From: an uncultured Chloroflexia bacterium
GTDB lineage: Bacteria > Chloroflexota > Limnocylindria > Limnocylindrales > CSP1-4
Reading direction: 5' to 3'
NCBI GenBank assembly: GCA_963833225.1
Contig: CAWHXD010000008.1
Coordinates: 64,001 to 128,000, forward strand
DNA: 64,000 nucleotides
Shown piece by piece: positions 1 through 10,061 of the stretch. The stretch's first letter is position 1, and each line of letters begins with the position of its first letter. The notes under the pieces are model-generated. The model ran no database searches. It was not told where the DNA came from and was given only the letters and a program-made list of their open reading frames with translations. The position numbers were made by a program, and so were the translations under genes.

Positions 1-87
1 GATGACGAGCCGCGAGCGCGGAACCCCGGTGCCCGGCCGCGGCCTCGGAAGCCCACCTTCGCGGAGCGGCGCGAGCGCCGCGCGGCC

Positions 88-630
88 GTGGAGGACGTGG
101 CGGAGGTGCTCGATGCCGCCGCGCGCTTCCTCGAGGCTCGGCCACGCGCGGTGGCGGAGGTGGAGCGCAAGCTCAGCGGCATGGGCTACCGGCCATCCCT
201 GGTGAGCCTGGTGGTCGAGCGCTTGGTCGACCTCGGCTACCTCGACGACGAGGCATTCGCCCGCGCCTGGGTGGAGTCACGGGACCGGGCGAGCCCCCGC
301 GGCGAGCACGCGCTGCGCCGAGAGCTCTCCCAACGCGGCGTGGACCGGACGCTCGTCGACGAGGTCCTCGACGGCCGGCGTGAGGACGCGGCGGGTCGCC
401 TGGAGTCGCAGGGCCCCGACGAGGTCGCCGCGGAGCGGCTGCTTCGGAAGCGACTGCCCGCGATCCTGCGCGAGACGGACCCGCGCCGGCGGCGGCAGAA
501 GGCGTATGCGCTGCTTGCCCGCGCTGGGTTCTCGCCGGATATCTGCGGGTCCGTGACCCGGGCCGTGCTCGCGGAGGCCGATGCGGACCCCGATCCGGGT
601 GAAGACGACGGGGTCGCGGACGACGCCTGA
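88..630 (+). CDS. recX: RecX regulatory protein (true start may lie upstream of 88)
   Basis: RecX motifs (RPRAVAEVERKL, LGYLDDEAFARAWV, PRGEHALRRELSQRGV, LARAGFS); recX-rny order is typical. Confidence 0.9.
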   Translation: MEDVAEVLDAAARFLEARPRAVAEVERKLSGMGYRPSLVSLVVERLVDLGYLDDEAFARAWVESRDRASPRGEHALRRELSQRGVDRTLVDEVLDGRREDAAGRLESQGPDEVAAERLLRKRLPAILRETDPRRRRQKAYALLARAGFSPDICGSVTRAVLAEADADPDPGEDDGVADDA

Positions 631-728
631 CGGCCGACTGATGGTGATCCGCGAGCGCACGGGCGGCAGGTGGCGATGAGGACGGCACCATCCGCCCGAG
701 CCCGATCGGGTTGCCCGGTGTAGGCTAC

Positions 729-886
729 TGCGCAACCGGACGCGGACCCTCGGGCCGCGATCCGGGCGAGCCGTGACACCGGTTGAGAGCCTTCTGGAGC
801 CTGCATGGGCCCGTCGGCTCCCGAGCCCAAGCGAAGGCCGGTGTTCGCGTAGCCCGAGCCCGATTCCGGATCACGCGCCCGGCGCA
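729..886 (+). ncRNA. Candidate structured RNA upstream of rny (possibly 6S-like)
   Basis: Nested complementary segments: GATCCGG 759-765/CCGGATC 866-872, ACACCGG 776-782/CCGGTGT 838-844, GGAGCC 796-801/GGCTCC 816-821; TAGGCT -10-like at 721-726. Confidence 0.35.
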
Positions 887-915
887 TTCATCCCGCCGGG
901 TGGGAGGAACTGAAG

Positions 916-2446
916 ATGGAGTACGTCCTCGCCGTGGCGGCTGCAGTGGTCGCCGGCGCAGTGGGCGTCGTCGTGGGATTCGTCGCCCGCGGGACGCTGT
1001 CCAACCAGACGCTCAAGTCGGCCCAGGACAAGGCGGCGCGCATCGTGGCCGAGGCGCGCACGCAGCAGAAGGACATGATCCTCGAGGCCAAGGACGAGAA
1101 GCTGCGGCTGCAGCGCGAGGTCGAGGATGAGGCGCGCACGAAGCGCACGGAGCTCCAGAACCTCGAGCGCCGCCTGCTCACCCGGGACGAGCAGCTCGAC
1201 CAGCGTGCCGACACGCTGGAGGAGAAGAGCCAGAAGATCGTCGATCGCGAGCGTGACGTGGAACGCCAGCGGGGCGAGCTCGAGCGCCTCAGCCAGGATC
1301 GCCTCGCCGCCCTGGAGCGCGTGTCCGGCCTGTCCGCCGAGGACGCCAAGAGCATGCTCCTCGAAGCCATCCGCGAGGAGGCCGAGCACGACGCCGTGAA
1401 GCTGGCGCGGTCCATCGAGCGGCGTGCACGCGAGGAGGCCGGCGACAAGGCGCGCGAGATCATCGTGACCGCCATGCAGCGCGTGGCGGCAGACCACACG
1501 GCCGAGCACACGGTCACGGTCGTGCACCTGCCCAGCGACGAGATGAAGGGCCGGATCATCGGCCGCGAGGGGCGCAACATCCGCGCGCTCGAGCAGGCCA
1601 CGGGGATCGACCTGATCATCGACGACACGCCCGAGACCGTCGTCCTCTCCGGCTTCGACCCGGTCCGGCGCGAGGTCGCGAGGCTCGCGATCACCAAGCT
1701 CATCGCCGACGGCCGGATCCACCCCGGCCGGATCGAGGAGGTCGTCAACAAGGCGCGCGCGGAGGTCGACCTCGTCATCCGTCAGGCCGGCGAGCAGGCG
1801 GCCTACGACGCCGGCGTGCCCGGGCTGCCGCCCGACCTCCTCAAGCTGATCGGCCGCCTCAAGTACCGGACCAGCTACGGCCAGAGCGTGCTCGTGCACA
1901 GCGTGGAGACGTCGCTCCTGGCCGCGATCATCGCCGCGGAGATGGGTGCCGACGTGCAACGCGGCCAAGATCGGCGGCCTGCTCCACGACATGGGCAAGG
2001 CGGTGGACCACGAGGTCGAGGGGCCCCACGCGGCCATCGGCGCGGCCATCGCCCAGAAGAACAGCATGCCGTTCAAGGTCGTCAACGCGATCGCAGCGCA
2101 CCACCAGGAGGTGGAATACGCCTGCATCGAGGCCCCGATCGTCCAGATCGCCGACGCCATCTCGGCCTCCCGCCCCGGTGCCCGCGGCGAGACCATGGCC
2201 ACCTACGTCAAGCGCCTCGAGGACCTCCAGGCGATCGCCGAGAGCTTCACCGGCGTGGAGCGCTCGTTCGCCGTCCAGGCTGGCCGCGAGGTCCGGATCC
2301 TGGTCCGTCCGGAGGAGATCGACGACCTGACGGCCACCCGGCTGGCGCGCGACATCGTCAAGAAGATCGAGGACAACCTCACGTACCCGGGCCAGATCAA
2401 GGTGACGGTGATCCGCGAGACCCGCGCGGTCGAGTACGCGAAGTAG
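916..2446 (+). CDS. rny: Ribonuclease Y (frameshift near 1958 joins ORFs 916.. and 1946..2446)
   Basis: N-terminal TM helix, coiled coil, KH motif [17 protein letters not shown] motif GLLHDMGK, C-terminal [20 protein letters not shown]; SD GGAGG. Confidence 0.95.
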
Positions 2447-2461
2447 GGGGCGGGCTCGCGC

Positions 2462-3328
2462 ATGGCCAACCGCAACGAGCGAGCGGGGCTCGGCAACCCG
2501 CCCAACGGCAACGCGCCGCGACCGCCCGGGGCGTGCCGGGTGCTGATGATCGGCGACATCATCGGCAAGCCCGGGCGCGTGGCCATCGAGCAGGCACTGT
2601 CCGGGCCTGCGCGATGAGCGCGGCGTGGACTTCGTGACCGCCAACGGCGAGAACCTCGCGGGCGGCATGGGGCTGACGGTGAGCACGGCCGAGGCGCTGT
2701 TCGCCGCCGGGGTGGACGTCGTGACCTCCGGCAACCACATCTGGGACAAGCGCGAGATCTACCCGTTCCTGGACCAGAGCGACCGCGTGCTGCGTCCGCT
2801 CAACTACGGCACCCATGGCGTCCCGGGCCGTGGCTGGGGCACGTACGAGGCGCTCGACGGCTCCGAGCTCGCGGTCATCAACCTCCAGGGCCGGACGTTC
2901 ATGCAGCCCATCGACAACCCGTTCACGGAGGCGGACCGGCTGCTCGACGAGGCGTCGGAGCCGCTGCCGCCGATCCGCCTGGTGGACTTCCACTGCGAGA
3001 TCACGTCCGAGAAGAACGCCTTCGGCCTGTACCTCGACGGCCGCGTCTCGCGTCGTGGTCGGGACCCACACCCACGTCGTGACGGGCGACGAGCGCATCC
3101 TGCCCAAGGGCACCGCCTACCAGTCCGACCTCGGGATGACGGGCCCGCTGTGGAGCGTGATCGGGTTCAAGCCCGACACGGTCCTGCCCCGGTTCATCAA
3201 TGCGCTCCCCACCCGGTTCGAGGTGGGCGACGGGCCCGTGATCCTCAACGCGTGCCAGGTGGACATCGATCCCGGCGACCGGGCGGGCGCTCCAGATCGA
3301 GCGCATCAGCCGCCTCGTCGAGGTCTGA
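2462..3328 (+). CDS. ymdB: YmdB/TIGR00282-family metallophosphoesterase (frameshifts near 2600, 3050 and 3275)
   Basis: Motifs [50 protein letters not shown] spread over several frames; directly downstream of rny. Confidence 0.9.
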
Positions 3329-3330
3329 GG

Positions 3331-4262
3331 GTGGCCGCGCGCCACGCCGCGGCTTCCGACGGGGGACCGGTCGCCGCCGGAACCGCGGTTGCCGACGTGC
3401 ACACGCACACGACGCGATCCGACGGCCTGCTGGAGCCGGCGCGAGCTCGTGCCGCGAGGCCGCGGCTGCGGGCGTGCGCCTGTTCGCGATCGCCGACCAC
3501 GACAACCTCGCCGCCTACCGGGAGCTCACGGCACCGGGCGCCACACCGCTGCCCGAGGGCCTCGAGCTCGTCCCGGCCGTGGAGATCAACGCGGTCGCCG
3601 GGAGCCTGGCGATCGACCTGCCCGAGGGCGAGCTGCACGTCCTGGGCATCGGCGTGGATCCGTTCGACGATGCCTTCGAGGCGGCGATCGCCGCGCAGCG
3701 CACCGCGCGCCGCCGTCGGTTCAGCGCCGCCGTCGAGCGCCTGCGCGCGATCGACATGCCCGTGGACGAGCACCTCCCGCCGGGGGTCCTCGAGAGCGAC
3801 GACGCGCTCGGGCGCCCGACGCTTGCCCGGGCGCTGGTCGCTGCCGGCCACGCGGACAGCGTGGAGGACGCCTTCCGCCGCATCCTGGGCACCGGCCTGC
3901 CGGGCTACGTGCCGCGGACCGGCATGGACCCGGTGGAGGCGATCCGGGCAATCCGCGGGGCGGGTGGCCTGGCCTCGATCGCCCACTTCGCCGACGCGCC
4001 GCTGCACCTGGGACTGCTGCGCGAGCTGGTGGGACAGGGCCTCGATGGCCTGGAGACCCACCACCGGTCGTTCGAGGCCGAGACGCGTGCGGCCATGACA
4101 GCCGTGGCCCGGCTCCTGGGCCTGGTCGAGACCGGCGGCACGGACTACCACGGCGACACCGGCAGCTACGCGGAGGACCATGCCCGCCTGGTGATGCCGG
4201 ACGAGCTGGTCAGCGGCCTGCGCGCGGCCCTGGCCGACCGGGGCTGGCCGGCGCGACCGTGA
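3331..4262 (+). CDS. PHP-domain phosphoesterase (frameshift near 3445)
   Basis: DVHTHTTRSDG in one frame; AIADHD, ELHVLG, IAHF, TGGTDYHG in the next. Confidence 0.85.
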
Positions 4263-4284
4263 TCCGCACTACCATCGGCGGGTC

Positions 4285-5946
4285 ATGACGTCCCGTCGCC
4301 TGCCCGTCCTCGATATCGCTCCGGCGCAACCGGCACCGGCCGCGCCGCGCGACCCGCTCACGCCCGACGACCAGCGCCTGGTGGAGTTCCGGCCCGAGCC
4401 GCGTGCCCTGCCGTCGTTCTTCGTCTGGACGCTCGGCTGCCAGATGAACAAGAGCGACTCGGAGGAGATGGCGGGGCGGCTGCTGACGGCCGGATGTGCC
4501 GAGGCGGCCTCGATGGAGTCGGCCGACCTCGTGGTCATCAACACCTGTGCGATCCGCGAGGCCGCGGAGGCAAAGGTCATCGGCCGCCAGGGCCATCTCG
4601 CCCGGCTCAAGTCGGCGAACCCCGCGCTGCGCGTGGTCGTGACCGGCTGCTCGGTCCGCGAGTCGAACCGTGACGGGCTCGCCCGCCGCTACCCGGCCGT
4701 GGACCTGTTCCTGCGGCCCGACGAGGAACCCGAGCTGGTGGACCGCCTGGGGCTCGCCTCGGCGCAGGCGCCGGTGGGGGCCATCGCCGACGACCGCGGC
4801 CACGACCCTCGTCAAGGGCACGGCCGTGTCCGACGCCACGTACCTCGTCCGGGCTCGCGCGGATGCGGTGGCGGGCGGCGCGGTGAGCCGAGGCTCGGCG
4901 ATCAGCGCCTGGCTGCCCATCATCTATGGCTGCGACAAGACCTGCACCTACTGCATCGTCCCGTTCAGCCGGGGCCCGGAGCGGAGCCGCCCGTTCGATG
5001 AGATCGTGGAGGAGGCCCGTGCGCTCGCCGCGGCCGGCTTTCGCGAGGTCACGCTGCTCGGCCAGAACGTCAACAGCTACGGTCACGATCTTGCCCCCGA
5101 GGAGCGCTTCGCCCACGTCTCGGTGGCGCGAACGGTCGGCCGGCGCCAGGATCGGGAGGCCCGACCGGATCTGGCCGAGCTGATCCGGGCCGTCGACGGG
5201 CTCCGCGCACCCGACGGCTCCCCGGCGATCCCGCGGCTGCGCTTCGTGACCTCCCACCCGTGGGACCTCTCCGACCGGCTGATCGAGGCCATGGCGGCCT
5301 GCCCGTCGGTCTGCGAGTCGCTCCACCTGCCGGTCCAGTCGGGCTCGGACGCGATGCTTCGCCGGATGGGCCGCCAGTACACGATCGATCACTACCTCGA
5401 GCGCATGGCGCGGATCCGCGAGGCGGTGCCCGGGGATCTCGCTGTCGACCGACGTGATCGTCGGCTTCTGCGGCGAGACCGAGTCCGAGTACGCCGATAC
5501 GCTTGCTCTGCTCCGGACGGTGCGCTTCGACCAGGTGTTCGCCGCCGCCTACAGCGAGCGCCCCGGGACGCCGGCGACGAAGCTTCGCTGACGACGTCCC
5601 CGCGGCGGAGAAGCGGCGCCGGCTGGTGGACCTGCTCGACGTCCAGGAGCGGATCGGGCTCGACCGCAACCGTGCCTGGCTCGGGCGAACCACCGAGGTC
5701 CTCGTGGACACGATCATCCCGCCGCGCTCGCACGACCACGACGACGAGGAGGAAGCGGCCGGCATCCCGGAGAGCCGGGACGCGTTCGCCCACCTGCCCG
5801 CCGGCGTCGTCCACCTGGCGGGGCGATCCCGGGAGAACAAGCTCGTCCACGTCGCCGGGCCGGCCGACCGGCTGGGAACGCTCGTGGGGGTCACCATCGA
5901 CCACGCCGGTCCGTACGCGCTCCGCGGCTCGCTCGCCGCCGGCTGA
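4285..5946 (+). CDS. miaB: tRNA-2-methylthio-N6-isopentenyladenosine synthase MiaB (several frameshifts)
   Basis: [19 protein letters not shown], radical [29 protein letters not shown]-terminal TRAM-like region; adjacent to miaA. Confidence 0.92.
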
Positions 5947-5955
5947 GCGACGTCC

Positions 5956-6891
5956 ATGACGCTCGCCCCGCTCGTCGTCATCGGCGGGCCGACCGCCACC
6001 GGCAAGACCGGGCTGGCCATCGGGATCGCTGAGCAGCTGCTGGCCCAGGGCATCGCGGCCGAGGTCGTCTCCGCGGATTCACGACAGGTGTACCGCGGCC
6101 TCGACATCGGCACGGCGAAGGCGACGGCCGAGGAGCGGGCGCGGGTCGTCCACCACGGCATCGATCTCGTCGACCCGGACCAGGCGTACTCGGTCGCCGA
6201 GTTCCGGACCCACGCGCTCGGCGCCCTCGCGGCGCTGGGAGCCCGCGGCGGGATCGGAATCCTCGCGGGGGGGACCGGCTTCTGGCTGCGCGCGGTCATG
6301 GCCGGCATCGACACCGACGCGCTTGCGTCCGATCCACGGGTCCGGCGCGGGATCGAGGCCATGCTGGCATCCGATGGGGTCGAGGCGGTCGCGTCGCGGC
6401 TGACCGCGATGGCACCCGCGCTGGCGGCGCGCACCGACCTCCGGAACCCCCGGCGCGTGGTCCGTGCGCTGGAGATCGCCACGCTCCGGGGTGATGCCCC
6501 GCTGCCGGACCGCGTCGGCTACCCGGCGCCGGTCCTGGGCCTGCAGCTCATCGTGGACCCGGCGGAGCACCATCGCCGGATCCTCCACCGGGCGCGCGCC
6601 CAGTTCGAGGCCGGGCTGGTCGAGGAGGCGAGACGCCTGCGCGAGCGCTACGACCCGGCGCTGCCGGCCTTCTCGGCGATCGGCTACCGCGAGAGCTGGG
6701 CGGTGCTCGACGGCGAGTGCACGCCCGAGGAGGCGATCGCCCGCGACGCCCGGCGCAACATCCAGTTCGCCAAGCGCCAGCGCACGTGGTTCCGCTCGGA
6801 GCCCGCGCTCGCGGTGGTGGACGCGACCGATGACCCGCAGGGCGAGGTGACGGGGGCGGTGGCGGCGTTCCTCGAACGCCTGCACGGCTGA
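5956..6891 (+). CDS. miaA: tRNA dimethylallyltransferase
   Basis: GGPTATGKT, SADSRQVYRGLDIGTAK, GGTGFW, AIGYRE, FAKRQRTWFR. Confidence 0.95.
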   Translation: MTLAPLVVIGGPTATGKTGLAIGIAEQLLAQGIAAEVVSADSRQVYRGLDIGTAKATAEERARVVHHGIDLVDPDQAYSVAEFRTHALGALAALGARGGIGILAGGTGFWLRAVMAGIDTDALASDPRVRRGIEAMLASDGVEAVASRLTAMAPALAARTDLRNPRRVVRALEIATLRGDAPLPDRVGYPAPVLGLQLIVDPAEHHRRILHRARAQFEAGLVEEARRLRERYDPALPAFSAIGYRESWAVLDGECTPEEAIARDARRNIQFAKRQRTWFRSEPALAVVDATDDPQGEVTGAVAAFLERLHG

Positions 6892-6940
6892 CGCCGCGGG
6901 TGCAGGGGGATGCGGGCGACGAGCCGGTATGCTGGCCGCG

Positions 6941-8257
6941 ATGAGCCCCCGAGACACGATCGACCTCGCGCCCCACGTCGAGAAGGCGTTCCTCGTCGCC
7001 GTGGACACCGGTGATGACGCCGGGTGGACGGCCGAGGACAGCCTGACCGAGCTGGCCGCGCTGGCCGCCACGGCCGGTGCCGATGTCGTGGGCGCCGAGT
7101 GGCAGAACCGCCGCCATGTCGACCCCAACTGGTACGTGGGCAAGGGCAAGGCCGAGGACCTGCTCCAGGCGAAGTCCGAGACCGGCTTCGACATCGTGGT
7201 GGCGGACGACGAGCTCAGCCCGGCGCAGCAGAAGACCCTGGAATCGCTGCTCAACGTCAAGGTCATCGATCGCAGCCGGCTGATCCTCGACATCTTCGCG
7301 CTTCACGCCCAGACGCACGAGGGGCGGCTCCAGGTGGAGCTTGCCCAGCTCGAGTACCAGCTGCCGCGCCTGACCCGGCTGTGGACGCACCTGTCGCGCA
7401 CCGGCGGTGGCATCGGGACCCGCGGACCCGGCGAGTCGCAGCTCGAGACGGACCGCCGCCTGATCCGGGAGCGGATCAAGAAGATGAAGGCCAAGGTGGA
7501 CGATGTCCGCCAGCAGCGGCAGACCACGGCCCGTGGTCGAGACCGCCGGCTGTACCCCACGGTGGCCATCGTGGGCTACACCAACGCCGGCAAGTCGACG
7601 CTCCTCAACGCGCTCGTTGGCTCCGTCGTGGCCAAGGCCGAGGACAAGCTGTTCGCGACCCTTGATCCCACCTCGCGCCAGGTCAAGCTGGGCGACGGCC
7701 AGACCGCCATCGTCACCGACACCGTCGGCTTCATCCACAAGCTGCCCCACCAGCTGGTGGATGCCTTCCGGGCGACCCTCGAGGAGGTCACCCGCGCCGA
7801 TGTCCTGGTCGAGGTGGTCGACGCCTCCGATGCCCATGCCGCGGAGCACCGAGCGACGGTCCAGGTCGTGCTCGACGAGCTGGGTGCCGGGGACAAGCCG
7901 CGGCTGACGGCATTCAACAAGGCGGACCTCCTGTTCCCGGGCACCGATGGCGATCGGCCGGCCCCCGCCGTCGCGGGCTCGGTGCTGGTCTCGGCAGCGA
8001 CGGGGTTCGGGCTCGACACGCTGCGCGCCGAGATCGCGGCGCTGCTCGCGTCGCTGTGGGAACCGGTGGACGTCGATGTCCCGTACGCGGCGGGAGAGCT
8101 GCTGGCCCGCGTCCGCGAGCGTGGCACCGTGGACCTCGAGTACGGCGAGCGGTCCGTGAAGGTCCGCGGTCGAATGGCCCCGTCGCTCGCCGGCGAGCTG
8201 CGCGCCGTCGCGGACCGCTGGGCGGAGACCCTGGCCGAGGAAGGCGTGGGGTCGTGA
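6941..8257 (+). CDS. hflX: Ribosome-splitting GTPase HflX
   Basis: LQVELAQLEYQLPRL, GTRGPGESQLETDRR, GYTNAGKST, LFATLDPT, DTVGF, NKAD. Confidence 0.96.
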   Translation: MSPRDTIDLAPHVEKAFLVAVDTGDDAGWTAEDSLTELAALAATAGADVVGAEWQNRRHVDPNWYVGKGKAEDLLQAKSETGFDIVVADDELSPAQQKTLESLLNVKVIDRSRLILDIFALHAQTHEGRLQVELAQLEYQLPRLTRLWTHLSRTGGGIGTRGPGESQLETDRRLIRERIKKMKAKVDDVRQQRQTTARGRDRRLYPTVAIVGYTNAGKSTLLNALVGSVVAKAEDKLFATLDPTSRQVKLGDGQTAIVTDTVGFIHKLPHQLVDAFRATLEEVTRADVLVEVVDASDAHAAEHRATVQVVLDELGAGDKPRLTAFNKADLLFPGTDGDRPAPAVAGSVLVSAATGFGLDTLRAEIAALLASLWEPVDVDVPYAAGELLARVRERGTVDLEYGERSVKVRGRMAPSLAGELRAVADRWAETLAEEGVGS

Positions 8258-8853
8258 GCCCGCACCGCGGCGCACCCGTCCGTCGAGCGGGGACCGGCCG
8301 CCTGCCGGGAGGTCACCGGCTGACCTGGACCGTCGCCGACGGGCGCCGCGGGCGTCGGTGGCGCGCCACGACCACGAGTGCCGATGGCCGGCTGGTCGGG
8401 GCCCTGCTCGTGGAGGTTGGCACCGACGGAGCCCTGCGCAAGATCGAGGTGGCGTCACCGGCCGGCCTGCTGACGCTCCACCCGGAGGTGGGGGAGGGGA
8501 CCCTGCACGGCAACGTGGTCCGTCCCGCCGGGATCAGCCACGTCACCCTGCCGTGGACGGCACGGCACCTGCTGTTTGCCGGCAGCTCGCCCGTGACCGG
8601 GGCCGTTGCCGCGGCGCAGCTGGAACGCGAGCTCCCGGCAGGGCAGGGGAGCGCGATCCCGGCGGTCGAGATCGCGGACGACCTCTCGATCCGGCAGGCC
8701 ACCTGGCGCGTCGCCCGCGTGGGCGAGCGGCGCTGGCGCCTGCTGGCCGCCGACGGTGGTCCATCGGTGGCCGTCACGCTTGACGACGATGGCATCCCGA
8801 CCGCTCTCGAGGACGCGGAGACCTGGCCGCTGGAGGTCGATCAACCGGCCTGA
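8254..8853 (+). CDS. Hypothetical protein
   Basis: GTG overlaps the hflX stop (GTGA); coding-like composition. Confidence 0.7.
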   Translation: MSPHRGAPVRRAGTGRLPGGHRLTWTVADGRRGRRWRATTTSADGRLVGALLVEVGTDGALRKIEVASPAGLLTLHPEVGEGTLHGNVVRPAGISHVTLPWTARHLLFAGSSPVTGAVAAAQLERELPAGQGSAIPAVEIADDLSIRQATWRVARVGERRWRLLAADGGPSVAVTLDDDGIPTALEDAETWPLEVDQPA

Positions 8854-8863
8854 GCCACCCGCG

Positions 8864-8924
8864 CGTGGACAACCTGTGGACAAGCGCGCGATTTCCGAAC
8901 GCGACCCCTGCAAGTCGTGGATAA
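8864..8924. promoter_or_regulatory. Cluster of three co-oriented DnaA-box-like 9-mers
   Basis: CGTGGACAA 8864-8872, TGTGGACAA 8875-8883, CGTGGATAA 8916-8924; reverse complements match or differ by one base from TT(A/G)TCCACA. Confidence 0.6.
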
Positions 8925-8929
8925 CCCCG

Positions 8930-8959
8930 TTGCCGCGGCGCCCGGTCGCCGGATATTGT
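8930..8959 (+). promoter_or_regulatory. Putative sigma70-type promoter
   Basis: TTGCCG (8930-8935), 18-nt spacer, TATTGT (8954-8959). Confidence 0.5.
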
Positions 8960-8964
8960 GGGTC

Positions 8965-9124
8965 TTGCCCGAAGGGGCGGACGAACCAGCGACGGACCCG
9001 CAGGTGCTTGCACAGGCGGGGACGAGACGAAACCGCAGGTGCTTGCACAGGCGGGGACGAAACGGGAACGCGGTTGCTTGCAGCAGCGGACTCGACGCCG
9101 GGGAGAAAGTTCCTTCGGGCGTTT
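8965..9124 (+). ncRNA. Candidate small RNA of tandem CUUG-tetraloop hairpins
   Basis: Leading hairpin, three G-CUUG-C hairpins and a final hairpin; G-U wobble pairs work only on the + strand. Confidence 0.55.
8998..9060 (+). repeat. Perfect 28-bp direct repeat, two copies at a 35-nt period (degenerate third copy 9069-9092)
   Basis: CCGCAGGTGCTTGCACAGGCGGGGACGA at 8998-9025 and 9033-9060. Confidence 0.95.
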
Positions 9125-9174
9125 CGCTGTCTCCCGCGCTGACCGTCCCAGGGCGCACGACGAGGGTCCCGGCG

Positions 9175-10002
9175 GTGAGGGCACGAGAACTCCGGCAGGC
9201 GGTCGGCCGTCCCGGGTTCACCGCTGCCCTCGGGCCCGCGGTGCTGCTGGTGGGTGCGCTCGTCCCGTCCCTCCGGCCCCCGACCGCCCTGCTCATCGTG
9301 TTCGGCTGGTTGATCCTCCTGCGGGTGGTGCGATCCCCTGCAGCGGTTGCCTGGGCCGCCGTGCTGCCGCTCGCCGTGGTCCTGGTCTGGCCATGGGTAC
9401 TGGGTGCCGACGTGCCGGTGGGGGATCCGGGCTGCCGTGACCCACTCGCGACCATCGCCGTGCGTCGCGTCGCCGTGGCTGCGGTCGGTCTCGTGCTTGT
9501 TGCCGGCCTTGCCATCATCCATCGCTCCGGGCTGACGGAGCTCGGGCTCCGCCGGCCAACACGGTTCGAGGCCGTCACCTCGGCGGGCGGTGGCGTCGCG
9601 CTTGTCGCGGCGGGCCTGTTCATCGGGCCGGCCATCGCCCGACCGTTCTTCGGCGAGCTCGACTTCCCCGTGCCGGCGGCCGCCCTTGTCCCCGCGGCCG
9701 CGTTCGGCGTCGCGAACGGCGTCCTGGAAGAGGTGCTGTACCGGGGGGCGCTCCAGGCATGGCTCGCGCGAACAGTTCCGATGGCCATCGCGATCGCCAT
9801 CGGGGCCGTGGCGTTCGGCATCGTGCACGTTGGTCCCGAGGTCGTCGACCTCGTCCCCGTGCACGTCGCGCTGCTGACGGGCGCAGGGCTCCTCGCCGGG
9901 CTGGCGCGGTGGCGTTTCGGGTCACTGTGGATCCCGATCGGCTTCCACGTCGGTGCGGACGTCGCCCTCTACGTCGGGCTGGCCTGCCGATCTGCCGGCT
10001 GA
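9175..10002 (+). CDS. CPBP (CAAX/Abi) family intramembrane metalloprotease
   Basis: Multiple TM helices; EEVLYRG, FGIVH, GFHxxxD motifs; start approximate. Confidence 0.85.
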   Translation: MRARELRQAVGRPGFTAALGPAVLLVGALVPSLRPPTALLIVFGWLILLRVVRSPAAVAWAAVLPLAVVLVWPWVLGADVPVGDPGCRDPLATIAVRRVAVAAVGLVLVAGLAIIHRSGLTELGLRRPTRFEAVTSAGGGVALVAAGLFIGPAIARPFFGELDFPVPAAALVPAAAFGVANGVLEEVLYRGALQAWLARTVPMAIAIAIGAVAFGIVHVGPEVVDLVPVHVALLTGAGLLAGLARWRFGSLWIPIGFHVGADVALYVGLACRSAG

Positions 10003-10061
10003 ACCCACGGTGCGCGCCTCGGCGGCCGGACCGGGTGGGGGAGGGCCGGTGGGCCCGGCAG

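Noticed and set aside
916-5946. Frameshifts in rny, ymdB, PHP and miaB (also the dehydrogenase, hemerythrin and ycaQ-like genes) as pseudogenes or programmed frameshifts
   Set aside because: Numerous single-base shifts in conserved genes with intact motifs and no consistent slippery sites are most simply long-read assembly indels; read polishing would decide
8864-8924. Chromosomal oriC
   Set aside because: Only three boxes, no AT-rich unwinding element and no dnaA/dnaN nearby; kept as a regulatory cluster
8998-9092. Mini CRISPR array
   Set aside because: Only 7 nt between the 28-bp repeats, two perfect copies, no cas genes
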